This document shows, piece after piece, positions 37,245 through 47,660 of a DNA stretch of 64,000 nucleotides. A model generated the notes under the pieces. The model was not told the DNA's origin. It worked only from the letters and a program-made list of their open reading frames with translations, and did no database searches. Location: NCBI RefSeq assembly GCF_053078305.1, contig NZ_CP166879.1; one strand, written 5' to 3'. A program made the position numbers and the translations under genes. The first letter of the stretch is position 1. Each line of letters opens with the position of its first letter.

Positions 37245-37800
37245 CTATTTCTCCTGGAGGAATGCAAATAATTCAGCTTTTAGCCAGTTCAGCCCGGGAA
37301 GGTGCCTGACCGTAAAAATGAAATCTGTCTATCGGCGATGGCTTAATCATTTACCGCCGTAATAATTTGAGGGCGGAAAGATACACACAAGTTATGTATC
37401 TATCAGTGATCTTGATCCCAAATACAATAATCTACTTGGAAGATAGATTATCCCAACGCTTTACTCTGTAAATCAAAAGTAAAAGAGAATTTAAGGGCAA
37501 TATTTGCCCATTAAACGACATCTGACTTCTTCCGGGGCGCGCAATATATGTAGGTTGAACTGAAAAAATCAATACTTTTAGTTAATCATGGCGATAATTT
37601 CTTTTTCATAGCGATAAAATACGGTTTATGAAAATAGGGAAACGTTTGCGTTGCAACATAAATTGTATGACATATTAACTGTGATGATATTTGTCGCGTG
37701 AGGGTGGTAAGAAACATTCATATAACAAATGAAATGAGTTGATGAGTAAGTGACCAAAAACGAGAAAACCCGGCAACAAACGTCACCGGGGGAGCGGAGA

Positions 37801-39165
37801 TTACGTGCAGATTTCGTAGCAAGGGATGTAGGCTGAGCCTGGCAACTTCATACGATGCTGGGCAACAAAACCCTGTAGCAGGTCGTCCATACGACGCATA
37901 ATCTCTTTATCGCCGTTGATTTTGTAAGGACCAAACTCTTCAATGGCGCGAATACCGACTTCTTTTACGTTACCCGCCACAATACCGGAGAACGCACGGC
38001 GCAGGTCGGCAGCCAGCACTTCAACGGGTTGATCCGGGTAAAGCTTCAGATTAGCCATATTCTCGTGAGACGGCTCAAACGGCATTTGCAAATCTGGCGC
38101 AATGCGCATTGACCAGTTAAAGCTGTAAGCGTCACCAGTGTCGCGGCGATTTTCTTTCACCAGCGGCATCGATTTTTTCATCTGACGAGCGACTTCAGCG
38201 GCGTCATCAATGATGATGCGGTAATGGCGGCGCGCGTTTTCACCCAGCGTATGCACGACAAACTCGTCCAGTACGCGGAAGTAGTCGGCGCTCTCTTTCG
38301 GGCCGGTGAGGATCAATGGTAAAACCTGATCTTTGTTGGCCGGGTTCATTAAAATTCCCAGCAAATACAGCAACTCTTCTGCCGTACCCACACCGCCAGG
38401 GAAGATAATGATACCGTGAGCGATACGGACAAACGCTTCCAGACGTTTTTCGATATCCGGCATGATGATCAATTCGTTGACCAGCGGGTTAGGCGGTTCA
38501 GCGGCGATAATCGACGGCTCTGTCATACCAATAAAACGACTGTCTTTGTAACGCTGCTGCGCGTGTCCGACCGCAGCGCCTTTCATCGGCGCTTCCATCG
38601 CTCCTGGACCACAGCCGGTGCAGATATTCAGCTCGCGCAGCCCCAGCTGGTTTCCGACGCGACGGGCATACAAATACTCGTTTTCGTTAATTGAGTGACC
38701 GCCCCAGCAGACCACCATATTTGGCGCTTCACCCACATGCAGTGCGCGAGCGTTACGCAAGATGGAAAAGACCAGGTTAGTGATGTGGACGGAGTTGTCG
38801 AGATTCAGGTTGGGAAAACGAACGGTGTTATGGATTTGCCCGTAAACGAAGAGAATGTCTCGCAGAACCGCGAACAAGTTGGCCTGCAAAGCGCGAATAA
38901 TTCGCCCATCGACAAAAGCCTCTTCCGGGGGATTAATCAGTTCCAGCTTTACGCCGCGTTCACGGCGCAGGACGTTAATATCGAAATTTTCAAAACGAGA
39001 CAGCAATTCTTTGCTGTTATCGGTCAAACTACCGGAGTTCAGTACGGCAAGTGAACAGTTGCGAAACAGTTGATAGAGGTCGCTGCTGGCGGTGCGTTTA
39101 AGCATATCCACTTCCAGCTGCGACAACATATCCATGGAGCCAAGCGGGCTAATATGTGTAATCAA
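37801..39165 (-). CDS. ppnN: Nucleotide 5'-monophosphate nucleosidase (LOG family)
   Basis: 454-aa ORF recognised as YgdH/PpnN. Confidence 0.9.
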
Positions 39166-39276
39166 GAAAAACTCCTTATGGGACGAATATCGTCATTCCC
39201 TTTGATTACAATAGCCCTGCCTGATGACCTTTCACAACCTTCTGCGTGAATCCAGCACGCAAAATTGAGAAAAAAT

Positions 39277-40125
39277 TTATTGCCGAACCAGTCTTGTGGT
39301 CGATGGGACAAAATCGCTATTACTGCGCCACGGGTTAATGTCCAGACCGCCACGACGGGTATAACGTGCGTAAACGCTCAATTTCTCTGGCTGGCAGAAG
39401 CGTAACAGGTCATTAAAGATGCGTTCCACGCACTGTTCGTGGAACTCGTTGTGATGACGGAATGAGACCAGGTAACGCAGCAGTTTTTCTCTGTCAATTT
39501 GGCGTCCACGATACTGAATTTGGATCGAACCCCAATCTGGTTGATGGGTGATCAGGCAGTTTGATTTCAGCAGGTGGCTGACGAGCGTCTCTTCCACTAC
39601 TTTTTCACCACTGGTGGCATTCTCCAGATAGTCAGTAGTGAATTCATAGTTATCGATAGTGATATCCTGGTCATCAATGCAAGTGCCATTGAAATGACCT
39701 ATCGGCTGGCCTTCCAGTTCATCAAGACGATATAACGCCACGCTAACCTCACCCTGAGCGCAAGTGCTTAAGTCGCGCTCCAGCGTCTGGCGCACATCAT
39801 CCCAGTTATTAAAACGCGTCTGGTTAAAACTGTTGAGATAGAGCTTAAAACTCTTCGACTCAATCAGATTTACGCTGGTGTAATCAAGTTCAACATGACC
39901 GACAGCGACCTGCGGCAAACCTTTCGCATTCAGCCAGGAAAGTTCATACAGCGTCCAGATATCCGTACCGTGAAAAGGCAGGTTATCCGCTTTCAGACCC
40001 AGCGGGTCGCGATTCAGGCTGCGTGGAACGCCTTGCAGTAGGCTGGCGTCATAGGTATCCCGGTAATCGGTTGATTTTCCAAGAGTCAGGCCCGCAAGAG
40101 CCTGATGGTTTGCATAAGAAGACAT
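39277..40125 (-). CDS. queF: NADPH-dependent 7-cyano-7-deazaguanine reductase
   Basis: 282-aa ORF, two-domain QueF type. Confidence 0.9.
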   Translation of the reverse strand: MSSYANHQALAGLTLGKSTDYRDTYDASLLQGVPRSLNRDPLGLKADNLPFHGTDIWTLYELSWLNAKGLPQVAVGHVELDYTSVNLIESKSFKLYLNSFNQTRFNNWDDVRQTLERDLSTCAQGEVSVALYRLDELEGQPIGHFNGTCIDDQDITIDNYEFTTDYLENATSGEKVVEETLVSHLLKSNCLITHQPDWGSIQIQYRGRQIDREKLLRYLVSFRHHNEFHEQCVERIFNDLLRFCQPEKLSVYARYTRRGGLDINPWRSNSDFVPSTTRLVRQ

Positions 40126-40192
40126 GTTTCACCGTCATAAACCAGATAAACTAAACGACAAGTGTATCTGGTTTAAGTGAAGAGAGAAATTA

Positions 40193-40738
40193 GTGGACGA
40201 TTTGACCGCACAAGCCCTGAAAGATTTTACTGCACGCTACTGCGATGCGTGGCATGAAGAGCATAAAAGCTGGCCGTTAAGTGAGGAACTGTACGGCGTT
40301 CCTTCACCGTGCATTATTTCAACTACTGAAGATGCCGTATACTGGCAACCCCAGCCGTTTACCGGGGAACAAAATGTAAACGCGGTTGAACGCGCTTTTG
40401 ATATTGTGATACAACCCACAATTCATACCTTTTATACGACTCAGTTTGCCGGGGATATGCACGCGCAGTTTGGCGATATCAAACTGACATTGCTGCAAAC
40501 CTGGAGTGAAGACGACTTCCGTCGGGTGCAGGAAAATCTGATTGGTCATCTGGTGACTCAGAAAAGGCTAAAACTGCCACCCACGCTATTTATCGCGACG
40601 CTGGAAGAAGAGTTAGAGGTCATCTCGGTGTGTAATCTCTCCGGTGAAGTGTGTAAAGAGACGCTGGGAACACGTAAACGGACGCATTTAGCCTCAAATC
40701 TTGCGGAATTCCTTAATCAACTTAAGCCTCTTCTGTAA
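40193..40738 (+). CDS. syd: SecY-interacting protein Syd
   Basis: 181-aa ORF with GTG start, recognised as Syd. Confidence 0.85.
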
Positions 40739-40757
40739 TCCAAATACCCCATCTGGT

Positions 40758-40775
40758 TGTGAGAGATCTCTTACA
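40758..40775. promoter_or_regulatory. Candidate UvrY (BarA/UvrY response regulator) binding palindrome upstream of csrB
   Basis: TGTGAGAGATCTCTTACA, an 18-bp near-perfect inverted repeat about 180 bp upstream of the csrB 5' end. Confidence 0.65.
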
Positions 40776-40948
40776 GACTCTGTAGGAGATCGCCAGGAAA
40801 TAAGCGAATACTTAAAAAGATAAGAATCGTTATTTTCATTTAAAATCAATATGTTGCTTGTTAATTCCTAACTTTCATATGAAATTTTCCTTAAGGCATT
40901 GTCTGTAAGCGCCTTGTAAGACTTCGCGAAAAAGACGATTCTATCTTC

Positions 40949-41317
40949 GTCGACAGGGAGTCAGACAACGAAGTGAACATCAGGATGATGACACTTCTGA
41001 AGGACACACCAGGATGGTGTTTCAGGGAAAGGCTTCTGGATGAAGCGAAGAGGATGACGCAGGACGCGTTAAAGGACACCTCCAGGATGGAGAATGAGAA
41101 CCGGTCAGGATGATCCGGTGGGTCAGGAAGGCCAGGGACACTTCAGGATGAAGTATCACATCGGGGTGGTGTGAGCAGGAAGCAATAGTTCAGGATGAAC
41201 GATTGGCCGCAAGGCCAGAGGAAAAGTTGTCAAGGATGAGCAGGGAGCAACAAAAGTAGCTGGAATGCTGCGAAACGAACCGGGAGCACTGTGAATACAG
41301 TGCTCCCTTTTTTTATT
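40949..41317 (+). ncRNA. csrB: CsrB regulatory RNA (CsrA-sequestering)
   Basis: Starts GTCGACAGGGAGTCAGACAACGAAGTGAACATCAGGATGATGACAC…; carries many CAGGATG / AGGA repeats and ends in a strong hairpin (GGGAGCACTGTGAATACAGTGCTCCC) plus T-run. Confidence 0.92.
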
Positions 41318-41359
41318 CCTGCTATCCTTCGCGGCAGTTTTTCTTATTGAGGTTGCTTT

Positions 41360-41689
41360 ATGACCACTCATGACCGCGTTCGTCTCCAGTTGCAGGCGCT
41401 TGAAGCGTTACTGCGTGAACATCAGCACTGGCGAAACGATGAACCCCAGCCACATCAATTTAACAGTACCCAACCGTTCTTTATGGACACCATGGAACCA
41501 CTGGAGTGGTTGCAGTGGGTGCTGATCCCGCGAATGCACGATTTGTTAAATAACAACCAGCCGTTACCGGGCGCTTTTGCCGTTGCTCCCTATTATGAAA
41601 TGGCGCTGGCGACGGACCATCCGCAACGCGCGCTTATTCTGGCTGAGTTGGAAAAACTGGATGCTCTTTTTGCGGATGATGCGAGCTAA
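41360..41689 (+). CDS. yqcC: DUF446-family protein
   Basis: 109-aa ORF whose stop overlaps the truC start. Confidence 0.85.
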   Translation: MTTHDRVRLQLQALEALLREHQHWRNDEPQPHQFNSTQPFFMDTMEPLEWLQWVLIPRMHDLLNNNQPLPGAFAVAPYYEMALATDHPQRALILAELEKLDALFADDAS

Positions 41690-42471
41690 TGCTGGAAATA
41701 CTCTATCAGGATGAATGGCTGGTTGCGGTAAATAAACCCTCCGGCTGGCTGGTTCACCGCAGCTGGCTGGATCGCGACGAGAAAGTAGTGGTCATGCAAA
41801 CCGTGCGTGACCAGATAGGACAGCATGTTTTTACTGCTCATCGTCTGGACCGACCAACTTCTGGTGTGTTGTTGATGGGATTATCCAGCGAGGCCGGACG
41901 GCTGCTGGCACAACAGTTTGAACAGCACCAAATCCAGAAACGTTACCATGCGATTGTGCGCGGCTGGTTGATGGAAGAAGCGGTGCTGGATTATCCACTG
42001 GTGGAAGAACTGGACAAAATCGCTGATAAATTTGCCCGCGAAGATAAAGGCCCGCAGCCAGCAGTGACGCATTATCGCGGTCTGGCGACCGTAGAAATGC
42101 CGGTAGCGACCGGACGTTACCCGACCACGCGCTACGGCCTAGTGGAACTGGAGCCGAAAACCGGACGCAAACATCAGCTTCGCCGACATCTTGCCCATTT
42201 GCGTCATCCGATTATTGGCGATAGCAAACATGGCGATTTACGCCAGAATCGCAGCGGTGCTGAGCATTTTGGTCTTCAGCGGTTAATGCTGCATGCCAGT
42301 CAGTTGTCATTGACGCATCCTTTTACTGGCGAGCCGCTGACTATTCACGCGGGCCTGGACGACACCTGGATGCAGGCGTTATCACAATTTGGCTGGCGCG
42401 GTCTGCTTCCTGAAAATGAAAGGGTTGAGTTCAGTGCGCCATCAGGTCAGGATGGAGAGATAAGTTCCTAA
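41689..42471 (+). CDS. truC: tRNA pseudouridine(65) synthase
   Basis: 260-aa ORF, RluA-family pseudouridine synthase. Confidence 0.9.
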
Positions 42472-42488
42472 TCCAGGGAGAAAACGGT

Positions 42489-42938
42489 ATGGCGGAAATT
42501 GGTATTTTTGTCGGCACCATGTACGGAAATTCGCTGTTAGTGGCGGAAGAAGCAGAAGCAATTCTGACCGCACAGGGCCACAAAGCAACGGTATTTGAAG
42601 ATCCTGAATTAAGCGACTGGCTGCCCTATCAGGATAAGTATGTTCTGGTGGTTACGTCCACGACCGGGCAGGGCGACCTTCCTGATAGCATTGTGCCGCT
42701 CTTTCAGGGAATCAAAGATAGTCTGGGCTTCCAGCCGAATCTGCGTTATGGCGTGATTGCGCTCGGCGACAGCAGTTATGTAAATTTCTGCAATGGCGGC
42801 AAACAGTTCGATGCCTTGTTGCAGGAACAGAGCGCTCAGCGGGTTGGCGAAATGCTGTTGATTGACGCCAGTGAGAACCCGGAACCGGAAACGGAATCAA
42901 ATCCGTGGGTCGAACAGTGGGGCACGCTGTTGTCCTGA
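42489..42938 (+). CDS. yqcA: Flavodoxin-like protein
   Basis: 149-aa ORF with flavodoxin-type FMN-binding N-terminus (…[10 protein letters not shown]…). Confidence 0.85.
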
Positions 42939-43372
42939 TATGTTCAGCGAGCGGTAAATGTCGTTTTAGCGGTGCTGAATCGAATCTTTTCAGGCAAATG
43001 CCAGTAAAAACTGCTTCATAGCGCGGATTTTTACTGGCGTTTGCCTGGAGTCAAGCGATCCATTTCATACTCTTCTTTATTTCTTCGTTTTAACCCTTCC
43101 TTTCTTGTTCTTGTTTTCATTTCCGTGAAGTGGATTCCACCGTCCAGGGCTAATGCCAAAATCGGGCCTCATTGAACGCATTAATGTTGTGTTGTTGCAC
43201 GGTGAGCCGCTATGGCGCGCTTTTTATACTGCTATTGCCAGATATAAACACGCGCCGTATTCGGCGAACGACCTATAAAAACGGCAAAAAACACCCTACG
43301 TCACCTCTGATTTCCTGGCGATGTCGCAGTCCAGAGTGAGCGTGGCTAACGCGAATTTTCAGGAGTGCAACA

Positions 43373-44725
43373 ATGAGTTCTTTAAGTCAGGCTGCGAGCA
43401 GTGTGGAAAAACGCACGAATGCTCGTTACTGGATAGTGGTGATGTTGTTTATCGTCACATCCTTCAACTACGGCGACCGCGCTACGCTTTCTATTGCCGG
43501 TTCGGAAATGGCCAAAGATATCGGCCTTGATCCCGTGGGAATGGGCTATGTGTTCTCTGCCTTCTCATGGGCTTATGTTATCGGGCAGATCCCTGGTGGT
43601 TGGTTGCTGGATCGTTTTGGTTCAAAACGCGTCTACTTCTGGTCGATCTTTATCTGGTCGATGTTTACCTTGCTGCAAGGCTTCGTCGATATCTTTAGTG
43701 GATTCGGCATTATCGTTGCCCTGTTTACTCTGCGCTTCCTGGTCGGGCTTGCTGAAGCGCCATCTTTCCCCGGCAACAGTCGCATTGTTGCGGCCTGGTT
43801 TCCGGCGCAGGAAAGGGGAACGGCGGTGTCGATTTTTAACTCCGCTCAATACTTCGCAACGGTGATCTTCGCGCCGATTATGGGCTGGCTGACGCATGAA
43901 GTGGGCTGGTCACACGTCTTCTTCTTTATGGGCGGTCTGGGGATTGTCATCAGCTTTATCTGGTTGAAAGTCATCCACGAGCCAAATCAACATCCGGGGG
44001 TAAATCAGAAAGAGCTGGAGTACATCGCCGCGGGTGGCGCGCTGATCAATATGGATCAGCAAAACACCAAAGTTAAAGTGCCGTTCAGCGTGAAGTGGGG
44101 GCAGATCAAACAACTGCTCGGGTCACGGATGATGATCGGCGTTTATATCGGTCAGTACTGTATTAACGCCCTGACTTACTTTTTCATTACCTGGTTTCCG
44201 GTTTATCTGGTGCAGGCGCGTGGGATGTCGATTCTGAAAGCGGGCTTTGTGGCTTCCGTTCCGGCGGTTTGTGGTTTTATCGGTGGTGTGCTGGGTGGGA
44301 TTATTTCCGACTGGCTGATGCGCCGCACGGGATCGCTGAACATTGCGCGTAAAACACCGATCGTAATGGGCATGTTGCTGTCGATGGTGATGGTGTTCTG
44401 CAACTACGTCAACGTTGAGTGGATGATCATCGGCTTTATGGCGCTGGCCTTCTTCGGTAAGGGCATCGGGGCGCTGGGTTGGGCAGTAATGGCAGATACC
44501 GCGCCAAAAGAGATCAGCGGTCTTTCCGGTGGCCTGTTCAACATGTTCGGTAACATTTCTGGCATCGTCACGCCAATCGCAATTGGTTATATCGTTGGCA
44601 CGACTGGCTCGTTTAATGGGGCGCTGATTTATGTTGGTGTTCATGCCTTAATCGCGGTACTGAGCTACCTGGTGCTGGTGGGCGATATCAAGCGTATCGA
44701 GCTGAAACCTGTCGCGGGGCAATAA
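43373..44725 (+). CDS. gudP: D-glucarate/galactarate transporter (MFS)
   Basis: 450-aa polytopic membrane ORF upstream of gudX/gudD. Confidence 0.9.
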   Translation: MSSLSQAASSVEKRTNARYWIVVMLFIVTSFNYGDRATLSIAGSEMAKDIGLDPVGMGYVFSAFSWAYVIGQIPGGWLLDRFGSKRVYFWSIFIWSMFTLLQGFVDIFSGFGIIVALFTLRFLVGLAEAPSFPGNSRIVAAWFPAQERGTAVSIFNSAQYFATVIFAPIMGWLTHEVGWSHVFFFMGGLGIVISFIWLKVIHEPNQHPGVNQKELEYIAAGGALINMDQQNTKVKVPFSVKWGQIKQLLGSRMMIGVYIGQYCINALTYFFITWFPVYLVQARGMSILKAGFVASVPAVCGFIGGVLGGIISDWLMRRTGSLNIARKTPIVMGMLLSMVMVFCNYVNVEWMIIGFMALAFFGKGIGALGWAVMADTAPKEISGLSGGLFNMFGNISGIVTPIAIGYIVGTTGSFNGALIYVGVHALIAVLSYLVLVGDIKRIELKPVAGQ

Positions 44726-44726
44726 G

Positions 44727-46067
44727 ATGACGACACAATCCAGTCCTGTTATTACTGATATGAAAGTCATTCCGGTCGCCGGGCACGATAGCATGTTGCT
44801 TAATATTGGTGGGGCACATAACGCATATTTCACCCGCAATATTGTGGTACTCACCGATAACGCCGGGCATACCGGCATTGGTGAAGCGCCGGGCGGAGAG
44901 GTGATTTATCAGACGCTTGTCGAAGCTATTCCGATGGTGCTGGGCCAGGAAGTTGCGCGCCTGAATAAAGTGGTTCAGCAGGTGCATAAAGGTAATCAGG
45001 CCGCCGATTTTGATACCTTCGGTAAAGGGGCCTGGACCTTTGAATTGCGCGTTAACGCCGTGGCGGCGCTGGAAGCCGCCTTGCTTGACCTGCTAGGTAA
45101 GGCGCTGAATGTTCCGGTCTGCGAACTGTTAGGGCCAGGCAAGCAACGCGATGCTATCACCGTCCTCGGTTATCTGTTTTATATCGGTGATCGGACTAAA
45201 ACCGATCTTCCTTATCTGGAAAATACGCCGGGCAATCATGAGTGGTATCAGTTGCGACATCAGAAAGCGATGAACAGCGAAGCCGTTGTGCGTCTGGCGG
45301 AAGCCTCACAGGATCGCTATGGCTTTAAAGATTTCAAACTTAAGGGCGGGGTGTTACCTGGCGAGCAAGAAATCGACACTGTTCGTGCATTGAAGAAAAG
45401 CTTCCCGGATGCGCGGATTACCGTTGATCCCAACGGTGCCTGGCTGCTTGATGAAGCCATTTCTTTGTGCAAAGGGCTGAATGATGTTCTTACCTATGCC
45501 GAAGATCCATGCGGCGCAGAACAGGGCTTCTCCGGACGTGAAGTGATGGCGGAGTTTCGGCGGGCGACCGGCTTGCCCGTCGCGACTAATATGATCGCCA
45601 CCAACTGGCGCGAAATGGGCCATGCGGTAATGCTCAATGCGGTGGATATTCCACTTGCCGATCCGCATTTCTGGACGCTTTCCGGTGCAGTCCGAGTGGC
45701 GCAGCTTTGCGACGACTGGGGGCTGACCTGGGGCTGCCATTCTAATAACCATTTCGATATCTCTCTGGCGATGTTTACCCATGTGGGCGCGGCGGCACCG
45801 GGTAATCCTACCGCTATCGATACCCACTGGATTTGGCAGGAGGGCGATTGTCGCCTGACCCAAAATCCGCTGGAGATTAAAAACGGAAAAATTGCCGTTC
45901 CTGATGCGCCCGGTCTGGGCGTGGAACTGGACTGGGAACAGGTACAAAAGGCACATGAGGCCTATAAACGTCTGCCTGGCGGTGCGCGTAACGACGCAGG
46001 CCCGATGCAGTACCTGATCCCCGGCTGGACCTTTGACCGTAAACGTCCCGTTTTCGGCCGTCATTGA
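44727..46067 (+). CDS. gudX: Glucarate dehydratase-related protein (enolase superfamily)
   Basis: 446-aa paralogue of the following gudD; the two translations are closely similar. Confidence 0.9.
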   Translation: MTTQSSPVITDMKVIPVAGHDSMLLNIGGAHNAYFTRNIVVLTDNAGHTGIGEAPGGEVIYQTLVEAIPMVLGQEVARLNKVVQQVHKGNQAADFDTFGKGAWTFELRVNAVAALEAALLDLLGKALNVPVCELLGPGKQRDAITVLGYLFYIGDRTKTDLPYLENTPGNHEWYQLRHQKAMNSEAVVRLAEASQDRYGFKDFKLKGGVLPGEQEIDTVRALKKSFPDARITVDPNGAWLLDEAISLCKGLNDVLTYAEDPCGAEQGFSGREVMAEFRRATGLPVATNMIATNWREMGHAVMLNAVDIPLADPHFWTLSGAVRVAQLCDDWGLTWGCHSNNHFDISLAMFTHVGAAAPGNPTAIDTHWIWQEGDCRLTQNPLEIKNGKIAVPDAPGLGVELDWEQVQKAHEAYKRLPGGARNDAGPMQYLIPGWTFDRKRPVFGRH

Positions 46068-46087
46068 TTCTGAAAAAGGACATAAAT

Positions 46088-47428
46088 ATGAGTTCTCAAT
46101 TTACGACGCCTGTTGTTACTGAAATGCAGGTCATCCCGGTGGCGGGCCATGACAGTATGCTGATGAATCTGAGTGGTGCACACGCACCGTTCTTCACGCG
46201 TAATATTGTGATTATCAAAGATAATTCTGGTCACACTGGCGTAGGGGAAATTCCCGGCGGCGAGAAAATCCGTAAAACGCTGGAAGATGCGATTCCGCTG
46301 GTAGTGGGTAAAACGCTGGGTGAATACAAAAACGTTCTGACGCTGGTGCGTAATACTTTTGCCGATCGTGATGCCGGCGGGCGCGGTTTGCAGACATTTG
46401 ATTTGCGTACCACTATTCATGTAGTTACCGGGATAGAAGCGGCAATGCTGGATCTGCTGGGGCAGCATCTGGGGGTTAACGTGGCATCCCTGCTGGGCGA
46501 TGGTCAACAGCGTAGCGAAGTCGAAATGCTCGGTTATCTGTTCTTCGTCGGTAATCGCAAAGCCACACCGCTGCCGTATCAAAGCCAGCCGGATGACTCA
46601 TGCGACTGGTATCGCCTGCGTCATGAAGAAGCGATGACGCCGGATGCGGTGGTGCGCCTGGCGGAAGCGGCGTATGAAAAATATGGCTTCAACGATTTCA
46701 AACTGAAAGGCGGTGTACTGGCCGGGGAAGAAGAGGCCGAGTCTATTGTGGCACTGGCGCAACGCTTCCCGCAGGCGCGTATTACGCTCGATCCTAACGG
46801 TGCCTGGTCGCTGAACGAAGCGATTAAAATTGGTAAATACCTGAAAGGTTCGCTGGCTTATGCAGAAGATCCGTGTGGTGCGGAGCAAGGTTTCTCCGGG
46901 CGTGAAGTGATGGCAGAGTTCCGTCGCGCGACTGGCCTGCCGACTGCAACCAATATGATCGCCACCGACTGGCGGCAGATGGGCCATACGCTCTCGTTAC
47001 AATCCGTTGATATCCCGCTGGCGGATCCGCATTTCTGGACGATGCAAGGTTCGGTACGTGTGGCGCAAATGTGCCATGAATTTGGCCTGACCTGGGGTTC
47101 ACACTCTAACAACCACTTCGATATTTCCCTGGCGATGTTTACCCATGTTGCCGCCGCTGCACCGGGTAAAATTACTGCTATTGATACGCACTGGATTTGG
47201 CAGGAAGGCAATCAGCGCCTGACCAAAGAACCGTTTGAGATCAAAGGCGGGCTGGTACAGGTGCCAGAAAAACCGGGGCTGGGTGTAGAAATCGATATGG
47301 ATCAAGTGATGAAAGCCCATGAGCTGTATCAGAAACACGGGCTTGGCGCGCGTGACGATGCGATGGGAATGCAGTATCTGATTCCTGGCTGGACGTTCGA
47401 TAACAAGCGCCCGTGCATGGTGCGTTAA
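46088..47428 (+). CDS. gudD: D-glucarate dehydratase
   Basis: 446 aa from [23 protein letters not shown]. Confidence 0.9.
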   Translation: MSSQFTTPVVTEMQVIPVAGHDSMLMNLSGAHAPFFTRNIVIIKDNSGHTGVGEIPGGEKIRKTLEDAIPLVVGKTLGEYKNVLTLVRNTFADRDAGGRGLQTFDLRTTIHVVTGIEAAMLDLLGQHLGVNVASLLGDGQQRSEVEMLGYLFFVGNRKATPLPYQSQPDDSCDWYRLRHEEAMTPDAVVRLAEAAYEKYGFNDFKLKGGVLAGEEEAESIVALAQRFPQARITLDPNGAWSLNEAIKIGKYLKGSLAYAEDPCGAEQGFSGREVMAEFRRATGLPTATNMIATDWRQMGHTLSLQSVDIPLADPHFWTMQGSVRVAQMCHEFGLTWGSHSNNHFDISLAMFTHVAAAAPGKITAIDTHWIWQEGNQRLTKEPFEIKGGLVQVPEKPGLGVEIDMDQVMKAHELYQKHGLGARDDAMGMQYLIPGWTFDNKRPCMVR

Positions 47429-47440
47429 GACAAAAAACCA

Positions 47441-47466
47441 AAACCGGCTCTATCTGGAGCCGGTTT
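47441..47466 (+). terminator. Hairpin after gudD
   Basis: AAACCGGCTC-TATCTG-GAGCCGGTTT. Confidence 0.55.
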
Positions 47467-47490
47467 GAGACTGATGCCAAACACAAAATT

Positions 47491-47587
47491 GCCTGATGCG
47501 CTACGCTTATCAGGCCTACATGCTTTTTAATTTATTGAATTTAATTGGTTTTGTAGGCCGGATAAGGCGTTAACGCCGCATCCGGCA
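47491..47587. repeat. BIME / REP pair in the gudD-barA intergenic region
   Basis: GCCTGATGCGCTACGCTTATCAGGCCTACA … TGTAGGCCGGATAAGGCGTTAACGCCGCATCCGGC. Confidence 0.85.
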
Positions 47588-47660
47588 TAAACACAGGCAC
47601 TTTGTCACCAATCTGAAACCAGCGTCATAAAAAGCCGATTGCTACTCGACAAGACGTCCG

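Noticed and set aside
35430-37271. 613-aa ORF on the + strand spanning the sdaB/sdaC region
   Set aside because: It is antisense to two confidently identified genes, and its translation is low-complexity and rich in His/Arg/Gln/Asn, typical of the reverse frame of strongly codon-biased genes. No RBS or recognisable domain.
40891-41079. 62-aa minus-strand ORF
   Set aside because: It lies inside the csrB RNA gene.
43321-43530. 69-aa + strand ORF before and overlapping the gudP start
   Set aside because: It overlaps the gudP start region in another frame, has no convincing RBS, and gudP accounts for the locus.
45354-46064. 236-aa minus-strand ORF
   Set aside because: Antisense to gudX; shadow ORF.
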